Origin: Azolla caroliniana
Taxonomy: Eukaryota > Plantae > Polypodiophyta
NCBI GenBank assembly: GCA_043228905.1
Contig: JBHGNT010000006.1
Location: 19,096,001-19,160,000 of the forward strand
Direction: 5' to 3'
DNA length: 64,000 nucleotides
In this document: positions 13,559-26,423 of the stretch, piece by piece
How positions within the stretch are numbered: position 1 is the first letter of the stretch
How the letters are laid out: the number at the start of each line of letters is the position of its first letter
Program-made: the position numbers and the translations under genes
Notes under the pieces: model-generated
Database searches by the model: none
Seen by the model: the letters and a program-made list of their open reading frames with translations, nothing else
What the model was told of the DNA's origin: nothing

Positions 13559-14395
13559 CACATACTCATAATAATGTTATGTCACTCCAGATAGCAGCTG
13601 TCTTTAAAATTGGCAATAGCAAAGAGATTCCTGCTATACCAGAATTTTTATCAGAGGATGCGAAATCGTTCCTGAAAAGCTGCTTACAACGAGATCCTCA
13701 AATGAGACCGACGGCTGCCCAGCTTTTAGAGCACCCATTTGTCCGAGGAATCCAAAGATCTGATTCAGCTACATCCAAAGAGATGACCTCTGATGTGCAA
13801 AAATCGGTATTATTTCCGGTCTTTCTTTTCACCTCCTCTTTTGTAAGCAAGTTTGTCAAACATATATGTTAATGGTTCATATTCGTAAACTTTTTGTTTT
13901 ATGTTTTATGTGGAACAGAGCATTATGGAAAGCCCTTGTAATATACCAAATCACTCCGGGAAGAAATCCACCCCTGCTTCTCCCATAAGCTCCCGACCTA
14001 ATAAAGCCTACAATGCTGAGGATCACGATTTCAATTCTTTTGGACATCCACCAGCTTCATCATTCGAGAATCCCAACTTGAGTTGTAAATCACCTACACG
14101 AGTAAGTACTGATGCGTTTGCATCATCACCAACAGAAAAGTCATTTAGGAGCCCAAAGTCACAAACTAAAGCGAATATGAAGTTGAACCAGATCAAGATG
14201 AATGATAACAGCCCAAGACACCATAATTTCTCCATGTGGAATGAAGTTGACTATGCTTATGGGGATCGAATTCAAGAACCTCATAGGAAAAGTTCAGACC
14301 AAGTTCTCCACAGGAATACGTATAATTTGTCCCAGCAATATTCTCACAGCCCCAGATCATCGTACTTCCCAATTCCATTACAATCAGGTCGGTGA
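8872..14395 (+). CDS. MEKK-type MAP kinase kinase kinase, YODA/MAP3K-alpha-like; 11 coding exons, ~807 aa
   Basis: Exons 8872-9443, 10105-10333, 10427-10800, 11383-11470, 11605-11667, 11751-11911, 12634-12709, 12847-12906, 13059-13166, 13591-13806 and 13919-14395. All introns are GT-AG with consistent phases; total 2424 nt. Kinase motifs are intact: [88 protein letters not shown]. The Ser/Pro-rich N-terminus has SPLHP and HPLPLPP motifs. Exact orthology (YDA, MAPKKK3 or MAPKKK5) cannot be resolved by eye. Confidence 0.93.
13310..13565. repeat. Compound hexanucleotide microsatellite (GGCATA/GGCGTA, GACAGA, (CATATA)n) in MAP3K intron 9
   Basis: Read directly. It explains the spurious MYMYMY and HIHIHI ORFs. 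Confidence 0.9.
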
Positions 14396-14469
14396 GATCA
14401 AGCTACATGATGATAATAGCAAAACTTCTACATTGGGTGTTTATTTAACGAAGAGTCTCAGTAGCTGAG

Positions 14470-15106
14470 GTGAGTGAGTGATACTCAATCATACATGTGA
14501 TTTATATTTCTTCATTCCATTTTTTTGTTTTACTTATCGAGAAAAGCATAGCTTTTATAATAAGGGTTTAGCAAAAAATCCTTCAGAACTACATTCTGGC
14601 TGAATAATGCTCAATGTGTAATCTTACATGCAACAATGGAGTTATTTCTGCTAGTAATGTGCAAAATGTGCGACCTTACATACATCAATTGAGTCATTTG
14701 TGCTAGTTATTTGTGTCATCTTACATACATCAATGGATGGATACATGCATATAAGGTGACACACTAGTTCATGTCATGTTTTCCTTTTGGTAATTTATGC
14801 GTCAATGTAAGTCCTTTCTTTAGTTATAGTTTTATTTGTAAAAATGTGTTCGATATGTGCATACATACATATCTGTCTCTCTATCACTCACACACACACA
14901 CACACATACACGCTTGTGTACACACACACACACTAACACACACACACACACACACACTATACACGCTTGTGTGTGTGTGTGTTGTGTACATGCATACATA
15001 GAGACAGTTCCCATGTTTGATACATAAATAAATCAGGTACTTTTTTACATGCTAGTAACACTTATTTTTTGCCATCACCATTGACATTTTTCCCTTGTGG
15101 CTGCAG
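14470..15106 (+). other. Putative 3'UTR intron of the MAP3K gene
   Basis: Consensus donor GAG|GTGAGT at 14469/14470. Pyrimidine tract TTTTTCCCTT followed by CTGCAG acceptor ending at 15106. Interior is AT-rich with (CA)n. Confidence 0.55.
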
Positions 15107-15296
15107 ATATTGCTGTTGTGTTGTGTAAAAAGCCTATTCAATGTATTACGACAATGTGAAATATCTTCCACAATGCTACTCTCTTTCTCTCTCTCTCTGG
15201 TAAAAGCACACAATTATATTAATTGTATGTAAAATCCACTTGTTACAACACTTCTCAGTCTCCTCTACCTATCTATCCTTCAATTATATTAATTGA

Positions 15297-15299
<3 letters not shown>

Positions 15300-15354
<55 letters not shown>
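15300..15354. repeat. (CT)n(AT)n microsatellite
   Basis: Read directly from the sequence. Confidence 0.9.
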
Positions 15355-17168
15355 GTCCTTTCTCAAATGTAATTTTGAATTGTAGTTGAGTGGTAATTTT
15401 CATCAATTTCAAAATGTCAATGTTGTTCATTAGACATGTAGACCTACTCTATCCAATATACAGGCTTTCTACCTGTCTTCAATTGAGCCAACCACAACAA
15501 TGTTGCTTTATGTAGATATTTGTATGGATTTAGCCCGTCACATGAAATTATAAGCCTGCTTCCTAACCATATTATTTGGTTCGACTTGAAGCTCCTTGGT
15601 ACATGTAGCAAGGCATCATGACTTATTTCTAAATTGGATACTCATTAACGTGAAATATAGGACCAAGTAAGGCATCATTAACAAATTATGAGTCATTAAT
15701 AGGAATGATTATTATTTTTAAGTCTGGATCAGTTGTGTTTGAAAACTGTTCACAACATGCTTCCAAAAACCATGGGCTGTTAAATAGTGTTGGTCAATAT
15801 GTCACATGGACAATGTTGTTGGAACATCAAAACTAATGTTGATACAACATCACTATCCTTAAAATGAAAAACATTTTGTTGTAGAAAATGTGGCAAGCAT
15901 TGAGGCCTCATGTGTTAAATTATATGCATATATTCCCATTAACTATTATTGATGTTGTGATCAAACTTTGCAAAAAGTGGCTCTAGAGAATAACTATAGG
16001 AACAAGGATAGAGTTTTGTTGCATATCATTTTCCATTGTCAATTTGGTTTTGTATTCCATAAATTGTTAATGAAGTTATGGTGACAATTCCAAGTGAAAA
16101 TCTCTCACCTTCATGAATCTCAAGGGAACCTAGGTTTTGCTTGAAATGCTTGAGAAGTTTTTGAACAAGAAGTCTTGTCTACTCTATATACAACTATTTT
16201 AAATTAAGATAAAACTAATGTGGAGGTACTTTTAAAAGGAAAGAAATATATGTTTCATCTCATCCATGAGGGAGATTTACACATTGCATAGTGTAACCGT
16301 GAAAGTCTTGAACTTCATCATCTCATCTTGATGACTAAGGATAGGATGCATCTAGTTAAACAACCCGCTACCTCTTTTGTCTTTTATTACGAACCATCAC
16401 ATAAGGTACTTATTATCAACAACCTTAGGATTTAATGTGCAACCAACAAATTTATTGGAAATGTATATTTAAGCATAATAGGCTTACTAGAATGGCAATT
16501 TCCAACTTGTCTATCCATTGACGTTCGAACACACAAATGTTAATTGAGCAAACACACAATGGTAAGATGTTTTAAAAAATCCATATAATATGAGACAAAT
16601 TGACATGTTTGTTTGTGTGTATATATATTCATAGCTTTCTATAACCAAAACAAATGTAGAATTGACTAATAAACCCCATAACATAAAACAAAGCTATTGT
16701 AATCTAGAGCGCAAAAAATTATTAGCTACACAAACAACCTAATAGTATAAAAAGATGATATATCTACTCATGTGTCATGACACATTTATTTATCAACATT
16801 ATGTCATAAATGATCCAATTCTTCTATTCCTCATATCTTTCTAAGTTTCAAAATAATCACCCAGATAACCTCTTCAAATTTAGTTTCGTTTAGTGTATTG
16901 ATGCCCACAAACATCAATAAACTAAAATGTTACGAGAGCCTGTTTTAAATTTTATTTTTTATCTTATTCATTGTAGAAAAACAAGAACAATCCTCCAAAG
17001 TTCTATTACCCATAGAAAATATTGCTTCCATTCATCACAATTATAACAATGTTTCCAAGAGTCGTGCACGATTTTATTGTTTAAATAATTTCTCATCATC
17101 ATTCTACTTTACATTCCATCTGTTTAACAAGTGCACATCAATCCTTCCAAAAATGATTGGGTAACACT

Positions 17169-20100
17169 TGTAACCATAGAACGTAATATTTGTGTTTGTG
17201 CAAGCATTCAAACGTTTCGAAACCATGACCGATGACCTTCGGTAGTTAATGAAGAGAGAGGGTGACTATATAAAGCACCCTCTTACTATCATTTCTTGAG
17301 TACTTCATTTCTTTTGCTTATCTATCTTGTGTTCCTCTCCTCTCCTTTTTACAAACACACACATAACACACATCTCTTCCGCTGCACAGAATCATACCAT
17401 CGATTCTTTACATGGTATCAAAGCGATTTGGTAGCTCGATCTTAGCCCATCTGTGTGTGTTGTGTTCTACATCGATGTTCAAGAAGAACCAGCTCATCGC
17501 TATCGTAGTGCAACTACATAGCTCGTGTTCGAGAGAGAAGGAAAAGTAGAAAGAAATCTCCATTGACAATGAATACTCAAAGGGAGCGCTCTCCCTAGTG
17601 AGAAGTTGGATAGAAACAACTTTGCATCTTGGGAGTACAAGATGCACCAATACCTTGTCGGCCAAGGCTATTGGAGCTACATCAAAGGAGCACAAGAAAA
17701 TCGAGCCGACCCAAAGGACGCCAACTACTCAACATGGGAGCAAGCGGCGAGTCGAGTAATGTATTGCTTGGCGACGTGTGCTCATGACCACATGCTCGGC
17801 TACATTCAAGAAGTTGAGATGCCGAAGGAAGCATGAGAGAATCTTAGGAAGATTTTCACGGCCAACACAACTGCAAGAAAGCTTCAAGTCCGCCAAGAAT
17901 TGAATAATATCCAACAAAGGGATATGTCCATCACAAGCTACACCTTGAAGATCAAGGAGCTTTGTGACTTGCTCGGCTCAATAAGTGTGAACGTGGAGGA
18001 TGATGAGATGGTGCAAATATGCCTCGGTGGTCTCGCACCACGGTTCAACGCAATGAGAAGAGGAAGAAGAGGCTGATCTAGCCAAGGACGAGGCAGACGA
18101 GGTTTGACTTATGAAAACAACTCCCAATTTCGGCAACAAGACGGAAGCCATCTAGGAAACTTCTGAAGAAGGGGGAGCTTCCATTCCGGTTTGAGCCGAC
18201 GAACCATATGACATCTCATGAAGAACGGTTCCGAGAACTTCAAGAGCCGGATCGACCCGGCTATGTCGAAACCAGAGACGACACTACTCATCCGATTCGG
18301 CACATCGGCAATGTTCCATTTGACAAAGAAGGTAACCAAACTTACATTAAGAATGTCTTGCATGTACTGACCATCACAAAGAATTTGGTCTCAGTTGGCC
18401 AAATTGTGGAGCAAGGCATGCAAGTTTGATTTAACCAAACCAAAGTTTGAAAACGAGGGTTGACTCATCACTCGTGATCGAAGGGAAGGTCAAATGTTCA
18501 TTCTTGATTTGCACGAGATGAAATCGACCATTTTTGCAAAAGGCACCAAAGCCGACACAGACATAGAGTTGTGGCACAAGAGGATTGGCCACATCAATCT
18601 CAATAAACTCTAGGCAAAGCAATCCAAAGGAGTTGTAATCCGGCCTTCGATCTTCAAAGAGAAGGAGATTGAAAGAGTATGTGCAGCCTGCCAATTCGGT
18701 AAGCAACACGGGCACCCGTTCCCGAAAGAGAGGAACGTGAGCAAAGGCGTACTCGATGTAATTCATTCTGATGTATGGGAACCGGCTCAAACGGCTATAT
18801 TCGGCGGATCTTGATACTATGTGGCCTTTATCGACGACTTCTCCAAGCACATGTGGATCTACCCATGTAGCAAAAGAGCAAAGTGTTCAAACACTTCCAG
18901 AAATTCAAAAGTGAAGTCGAAAAGACAACCGGCCATCATTTATGATGTCTTCAGTCGGATGGAGGAAAAGAGTACTTCTCCGACGAATTTTTGGGTTTTC
19001 TCCGGAAAGAAGAAATTCAGTGAGAGTTTTTGTGTCGACATACATCGCAACAAAATGGAGTAGTCGAACGCAAAAATCGACATATCCTCGAAGTAGCACG
19101 GGCCATGATGAACAAAAAGAATATGCTAAAGTCATATTGGGCCAAAGCAACAAATACTGTCGTTTACCTCATGAACCGGGGCACAATGTTCGGTGTGCAC
19201 GAGGTTACCCCACATGAAAAGTACTATGGGAAGATGCCAGATCTATCCCATGTAAGATATTCCATTCACTTGCATATGTGCATATTGCTGACGAAAAGCG
19301 ATAGAAGATTGATCCTAAGTCAGAGAAGTGTATCCACTATGCCTTTATGATGAAGGTGGCGACAGTTCGAGAACCAGAAAGTTTTTCCGAAGCAACCAAG
19401 GATCCACGATGGGTCAAAGCAATGAACAAAGAGATGCAGACACTATGCAAGAACGAGACATGGGATCTCGTCCCCCACTCATTGCAGAAGAAGGCAATCG
19501 GCTACAGATGGATATACAAGTGAAATATAATGGGGACGGTTTCGTCAACCGCTACAAAGCCCGACTCATAGCGAAAGGATACACACAAACACATGGAGTC
19601 GACTACGAAGAGACCTTTGCCCCAGTGGCAAAGATGACGACTGTGAAGACCATGATTGCACTTGCTGTGGCGAAAGGGTGGCACCTCCATCAGATGAACG
19701 TCAAGAATGTCTTTCTTCAAGGCGAATTAGAAGAGGAGGTGTACATGGTACAACCACCCGGCTTCGAATCCAACATTCATCTGAAAGTCGTCTGCCGACT
19801 TAAGAAGCCTCTCTACAACCTTAAGCAAGCACCACGTGCTTGGCATTCGAAGATAACACAATATCTTCATCGAATCGGCTTCCGAATGTTGAAATCCGAC
19901 AACTCCCTCTACATAAGAAGTGATTCGACAAGTCCAATTGTCATCATTCTATATGTGGATGATTTGGTCGACATCAACAAGGTCAAGTCCCTCCTCTCCG
20001 GAAAATTCGAGATGACGAACATGAAGGAGCTCCATTACTTCCTTGGCATCGAGGTAATTTGGACTCCAACCGGCATTATGATCTCCCAACGACACTACAT

Positions 20101-20436
20101 CCTTAACTTGTTATACAACTTTGGGATGATTGAGTGTAAATCATTTGTGACCCCTCTCGATCAAATCTCAAACTTGATGCCGACTCCAACACAGAAGAGT
20201 GTGAGCTGACTCAGTATCGGCAACTGATCGGGATCCTCATCTATCTTATGATCACTCGATCCGACCATAGCTACCCGGTCGGTCTCCTCAGCCAATTCAT
20301 GCAAAAACCACGAGGCATTCACTTGGATTACGCTAAGCGAGTGTTATGATACGTGAGCGGCACAATGGATTGTGGTATTCTATACGAATCGGCCACACCA
20401 ATTCGACTCGAAGGGTACATAGATGCCGACTGGGCC
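17169..20436 (+). mobile_element. Degenerate Ty1/copia related to family A (diverged subfamily), 3' end missing
   Basis: Probable 5' LTR ~17169-17412 (start approximate; TATA-like ACTATATAAAG). PBS TGGTATCAAAGC at 17413-17424. Gag LDRNNFASWEYKMHQYL, integrase FIDDFSK and VERKNRHI, RT (ORF 19328-20209, LYVDDL) and RNase H start GYIDADWA, then an abrupt junction. Confidence 0.87.
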
Positions 20437-20923
20437 AACAAAAATCATTTTCAGATTTCCCCAGGCATCCTTCGGCGTCTTGGCATCCCGAATGTAGCTC
20501 AAAAATTGATCGCTCACACAGGATGCAAAGCAGTAGAGAACTTTGCTTACCGCATGTTCCCAGGCCGGGAAATCTCTGTGTGTCAACTTAGATGTTGCAT
20601 CATTAGCTCCTTCGACGTAACTCTAGTAACCATGCCCGAGCAGGTATTGGTGCATCTTGTATGACCAGGATGCATAGTTGCTCCTGTCGAGCTTTTCGAT
20701 CGAAAGCGAGCTTCCCATTCCTCTGTCCATGTTCCTGTCTTTTCTTTTCTAAAAACTGAGAAACCTTGTCTCTATCTTGTTCGCTTGCGTTTCTGTCTGT
20801 TGCAGAGGAGTATCAACCCTCACACTTTGATACCATGTAAAAGAATATGTGTGCGATAGACACCGAGTACATAGTCAGTTTTCGAAAACTCGACAGTTAG
20901 GTAAACACAGAGAATGGATACAT

Positions 20924-20988
<65 letters not shown>

Positions 20989-21312
20989 AGATAACAACAC
21001 TTCTATTCGAATAATGAACACTTTGTACATACACTGTGCTCAACGAGCACTTTTTATACAAGCCCTCACGAGCGGGTTGACACAAGTACCATCAGTACTT
21101 GAATGCTCATAAATGAGCCTGACACTAATTCTGCCTACAATATTCCTATTTACTATTATAGGGATGTAGGCCCTCAACGGTCTTCCGGAATCCTTTGGAC
21201 TCAGCTCACCCGAATCGAATAGAGTTCGATTCGGTTCCCGACTCTCGACCCTCGACCCTCGACTCTCAGCTTCTTCAACCGATTCAGCCCATGTTGAGCT
21301 TGCCTCACAACA
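20437..21312 (-). mobile_element. Copia family A copy A3: 5' LTR, PBS and Gag N-terminus only
   Basis: LTR 20836-21312 with an expanded (GA)n. PBS 20824-20835. Gag fragment THRDFPAWEHAVSKVLYCFAS...DAWGNLK. Confidence 0.87.
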
Positions 21313-22132
21313 GAGAAGTTCTTGGTAAGCCAGGGTGGGCATTCCTCTTATGCCATAACTCTCCACTGGAGTCGGCTGCCACATTCACTTCCGACTTGCA
21401 TAGTCAGGCATGCATCATATACAATTTTCCCTCTTTCTATGCTCGGGCCACAATGAGGTTTCCTCGGTAGAACTTCCACTTGCCGTTTCGGAAGCTACCA
21501 TTGTGGCCTTCATCATCCAACCTTCCAATCAATATCAGATTCAATCTGGTATTGGGCACATGTCGAACTTCCCTCAGGGTCAGTCAAAAACCTGTCGACG
21601 TCATCAGGCCTACACTCCCAATGACAGCTATCTTGCATTCCCCATTATCTCCTATCTTTACATAGCCATGATCACTGGCTATGTAAGTCGAGAAGCACTC
21701 TCTTGACGGAGTTATGTGGAAAGATGCCCCCGAGTTGATTACCCATGTACACTCTTCACTTGCAAGATTTGTGCTTGTTTGCTTACAAAAGAACGAGATC
21801 TCCTCTCCATTCGTAGCTATGGTTGATGTGCCATTTTCATCATGGATCTTCCTGGGTTCGACATTATTATCGACACTCTTGTCCTTCTTGAGGTGTCAGC
21901 AGTCCTTCTGGAAGTGTCTAGGCTTTCCACAATAAAAGCATGTCAGTTTGCTTTTGAACTTGGACCTAGCTTGGAACTTGTTCATTCTTTGTGGACTTCT
22001 TTGTCGGTTTCTTCCTCTACCAGTATGTTGAGTCAAGTTTGACTCCGACTGGGACAAGACACCCTTGTCCTTCCTTCTTGTTTCCTTGTTCAAGATGCTT
22101 GTCTTTACCACTTGTAAAGACAAGTTCTCTTA
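21313..22132 (-). mobile_element. Decayed copia family C (Tnt1/Tork-like) Gag-protease fragment
   Basis: Zinc knuckle CFYCGKPRHFQKDC (ORF 21896-22123), homologous to 47711-48094. A degenerate protease region follows. Confidence 0.75.
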
Positions 22133-22416
22133 TGATGGGAAATTGTGTGGAATATTGCTTGGCTACAACCAAATCATCAAGCACTCTATGGAGAATCAAA
22201 CACAGAAAATGGAAGAAGGAGAAGAATGCACGTACACAAACAACAATAAAGAGTACACAATGTGTTTTGCATGGAAAAACCTAATAGGGAAAAACCACGG
22301 GAGCCCACAAACTCCTAACTATCACTATATGAAGATCTCAGAGAGGTTACAAGAATGAAGGTCTTAGAGGCAACGACCTTGAGATCTCCCTTCGCCAACG
22401 GGCGGATACAACAGAG

Positions 22417-22458
<42 letters not shown>

Positions 22459-23164
22459 TTACACACACTTACAAGAATGGTAACCACCTTCTCATCTCTT
22501 ACACTATGTGGATGCCCTAAGTCATATTTATACTCATATGACTTTAGTTCTATTTACAAATATAGCCTCAATCGGCTTACTCTAACATATTTACAAATAT
22601 GTTCTTGGATCCAGTTTTCGGGTCTCATCTAGCTCGTCTGATCCGGCTCGTCCGGTTCTCATTCGGATCCCATCTGGAGGGACCTGAATTCCCAACAAAC
22701 TCCCCCTTCACTTCGGCATGGGATGTTTCATCGACCCGATTCACCTTCGACACGAGTCTAGCTTGTCAACTGTTCGCACCTTGGTGAGCATGTCCGATCC
22801 GTTCTCCTCCATGTGGGCCTTCGTCAACACGAAATCTTTATCTTCTATCTTCTCCCAGAGCCAATGATACCTGCGATGGATGTGCTTTATCCTGGAGTGG
22901 TACGTTGTGTTCTTTGCAAGGTGGATGACACTTTGACTGTTGTAGTAGAGCCTGTATTCCTCCCGTCGGATCCCTAGCTCTCCGATGAAGTCCTTCATCC
23001 AGATTACTTCCTTGCCAACTTCCACAACTGCCATATACTCCGCTTCCTTTGTCGATAGTGCAATGAACATCTGCAGCCTCGACTGCCACGATAGGGCTCC
23101 CCCTGCATAAGTCAACACATATTCGGATGTAGACCTACTGGTATCCGCATCGGCCGACATATCC
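22133..23164 (-). mobile_element. Copia family C 3' end: RNase H, PPT and 3' LTR
   Basis: RNase H SWQSRLQ..ALSTKEAEY..KHIHRRYHW. PPT at 22698-22710. LTR 22133-22697 (TGTTGGGAA...TCCCATCA on the minus strand), related to but diverged from LTR 48433-48955. Confidence 0.85.
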
Positions 23165-23466
23165 GACGCAAAGCAGTACATCACTCTACTTGCCGATTGT
23201 TCCCACACTGGGAAGTCCTTGTGTGCCACATCAGGTGTTGTGTCGTTAGCTCCGTCAACATAGCTCCAATAACCATGCCCAAGCAGGTACTGGTGCATCT
23301 TGTATGACCAAGATGCGTAGTTGGATCTGTCGAGCTTCTCCACCGGGAGCGAGCTAGCCATTCCTCTATCCATTTGTTTTTTTTTGTTCTTTACAAAGGT
23401 TAGGTTTTCTTCTTGCGAAAGCGAATGTCAGTTGCAGAGGTTCTCAACCCTCGTGCTCTGATACCA
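23165..23466 (-). mobile_element. Family A PBS, leader and Gag N-terminus downstream of the A5 3' LTR (remnant of a tandem copy)
   Basis: PBS at 23455-23466 and Gag ATG at 23373. Near-duplicate of 34350-34651. Confidence 0.88.
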
Positions 23467-26423
23467 TGTAGAAACAAATAGCGTGCGGAAGCAATAGAAA
23501 ACAGAAAGCAGAAAAGAGGTTTAATGGAGAGCTTAACAGTATGCGGGAGAGACAGGGACAGAGAGAGAGCACACAAAAACTCAATTCAAAAAATACTACT
23601 CAGTCTGTACATCGTATGTGTTCAGTGAACACTTTTATACAAGTCCATCCGGACTGATAGAAGTACGGTGTACTTTAATGCTCACACGAGCGTCTGACAC
23701 TAACTACGAGATATTAACTCCCTAGTAGACTAGCTGCTACTTGGCTTTCGGTTACTGCTTGATCCAGCTAACCGGCTCCCCAGCTCACCGGCTCACCCTT
23801 CTGGATGCCGATCCGGATCTGGTTGAGCTTGCCGCTCAACACTCCCCCTCAAGCTCAATTTGAGGTCGGATTGTAGTGTCAGTCTCTATGGCAGCCCGTC
23901 CTTCCACCTAGCTCCTTTTGGCGTCACTCCGCCTCGCTTGCGCTCCTCGTCCGATCCGGTCCTGTTTGCCGCGACCCTTCTGTTCCTGCGCACCTCGACA
24001 TCCTTGGTCGACTTGTCTGCTCAACAAGCCCAATTAAACTCCCTCGCTGTTGTGACTTTGGCTTTTGCCGATTCGCCGATCCCTTCGTGTTGGCGTCGAC
24101 TTTTGCTGCCTTCTTGTCCTCTTGGCCTTGAATTGATCCGGTTCTTCCAAATCCTTCTGTAGAACCGAATCGGTTGTCTCTGATTCGTTCCAGCTCTTGT
24201 CCGAATCGGTTGCTCCGATTCGTCTTCTGGTTCCAGGCCCTTCACCACATCGGACCATGTCCGGGTCTTGGCCTTCCTCTTTTGGTCGGCTCTATCCTTC
24301 TTGAATCTGCCTCCGCTGCCGCTTGTTCCGAGTTGTTCGGATGTGTCAACTTCCTTTGTCGACTCAACTCCTTTCTTCTTCCTATCTCTCCCCTTGTTGG
24401 TTCTTCCCCCACCAGCGCAATCGGTAGTCTCTTTGCCTTTGCCCGTTCCGGTGGTATCTTTGCCCATTCTCCCCCTCAAGTGTGGCACGTCGAGATGCTG
24501 AACACCAAGCATTTCGGTGAAGTGCTGCAACTTGTCCAATCCGAGCGGTTTGGTGAAGATGTCGGCAACTTGCCGATCCGTATGAACATACCGAAGTTCA
24601 ACTTCACCGCTCAGGACACACTCACGCACGAAGTGGTAGTGCACTTGGATGTGCTTTGTGCGAGCATGGAATACGGGGTTCTTGGCGAGCTATATGCTGC
24701 TTATGTTGTCCCAATAGATCAGGATCGAGGTCGGCACCTCGATCCGCAGGTCTCGCAGCAATTGCCGAAGTCAAATGGCTTCACAGGTGGCAATGGTAGT
24801 GCCCCGGTATTCACGCTCAGTGCTCAACAGAGCCACTGTTGGCTGCTTTTTGTTGCTCCACGCAACAACCGCGCTACCAAGGGAAAATATATAGCCGGAA
24901 GTGGAACGGCGTTCTGATGCATCGCCGGCCTAGTCGGCATCCGTGTAGCCGACTAGCTCTTCGGTCATACCTCGCCGGTATAACGGTCCCCGGTCCTTCA
25001 TGCCGCTCACATACCGCAGTATTCGGTGCGCGCACTGAAGATGCTCGACGGTCGGCTTCTGCATGAATTGACTAATCACACCGACCTGATAGCTGATGTC
25101 GGGTCGGGTGATGGTCAAATATATAAGGCTTCTGACAATTTGTCAGAACCGTTTCTCATCGCGGTTCGGAGTTGGGACAGAGCTTCTGTTTCCGGTCCCA
25201 GGGTGTAAAAATAGGGTGGCATTCCGTCATGCCGAACTTGTACAGCATATTCAACACATAGTGTCTTTGTGAGATCAATATGCCGTCGGGGGTTCGGATC
25301 ACCTCGATCCCAAGGAAATAGTGAAGGTCCCCCAGGTCCTTCATCTCAAATGCGTCCAACAGCTGGGACTTGACTCGGCTGATTTCATCGAGTCCGGGTC
25401 TGGTGATGACTAGATCATCAACATATAGCAAGATGCAAACCGGATCGTCCGAACCTTGCCGGATGAACAACGAAGAGACGGAATTGGAGGCCGCAAACCC
25501 CAACTTATGCAACCGGTGCGTAATCTTTGCATTCCAAGCTCGGGGGGCTTGCTTCAGGCCATAATGTGACTTCTTCGGCCGGCATACCGCTAACTTATTC
25601 ATCTCCGACTGGAAACCGGGGGGTTGAGTCATAAAGACCTCTTCTTCAAGATCACTTTGAAGAAATGCATTCTTCACATCCATTTGGTGAAGATGCCACC
25701 CCATTGCCGCAGCAACCGCTGGCACCACACGAACCATCGTCATCTTCACTACCGGAGCGAAGGTCTCGTCGTAGTCGATTCTGTGGGTTTGCGTGTATCC
25801 CTTCGCCACTAATCGGGCCTTGTACTGGTTAACCGAACCGTCGACATTGTACTTTACCTTGTACACCCACTTGCATTCGATCGGTTTAAAGTGTCGGGGA
25901 GTCAACTAGGTCCCATGTGTCGTTGGCATCAAGTGCCCACATTTCTTCCTCCATAGCGGCACGCCAATTTGCATCCTTTGCCGCTTCTGCGTAGCTCTCC
26001 GGCTCACGCTCTTCCGCCACCTTCTTCATGTACACATATTGATGTGCCATGTACTCATTGTACCCGTACCACTTCACGGGGTTCTTTTGGCGGGAAGACC
26101 GACGTAATCTATCGTTACCTGGTTTTAGGCCCTTCTTGGCCGGTTCGGACTTCATTCCCGAAGATCTGCCTTCATCCTTTCCGGAGTCGGATTCACTCCG
26201 ATCCGACTCAAAGTTGCCGGTTTCGTATTCCGACATCTTCTTCTTCCCCTTCTCTTTGTTTGTGAACCGTCTCCTCAGTTCCTTGCGCGGGGAGAGCACG
26301 ACAGAGTCTCTACTACTCACTGGTTCCTCATCCGACTGGTCATCTCGACTCAGCCGCTCGTTCGGCCCGCTCAACCGAAAGGATTCCGGACTCACATCTA
26401 GAGTCTCGAACCCTTCGTCTTCT

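Noticed and set aside
13240-13569. MYMYMY, YVYVYV and HIHIHI ORFs
   Set aside because: Translations of an intronic (CATATA)n microsatellite.
15360-17160. AT-rich intergenic stretch
   Set aside because: I could recognise no ORF, RNA gene, terminal repeat or other structure.
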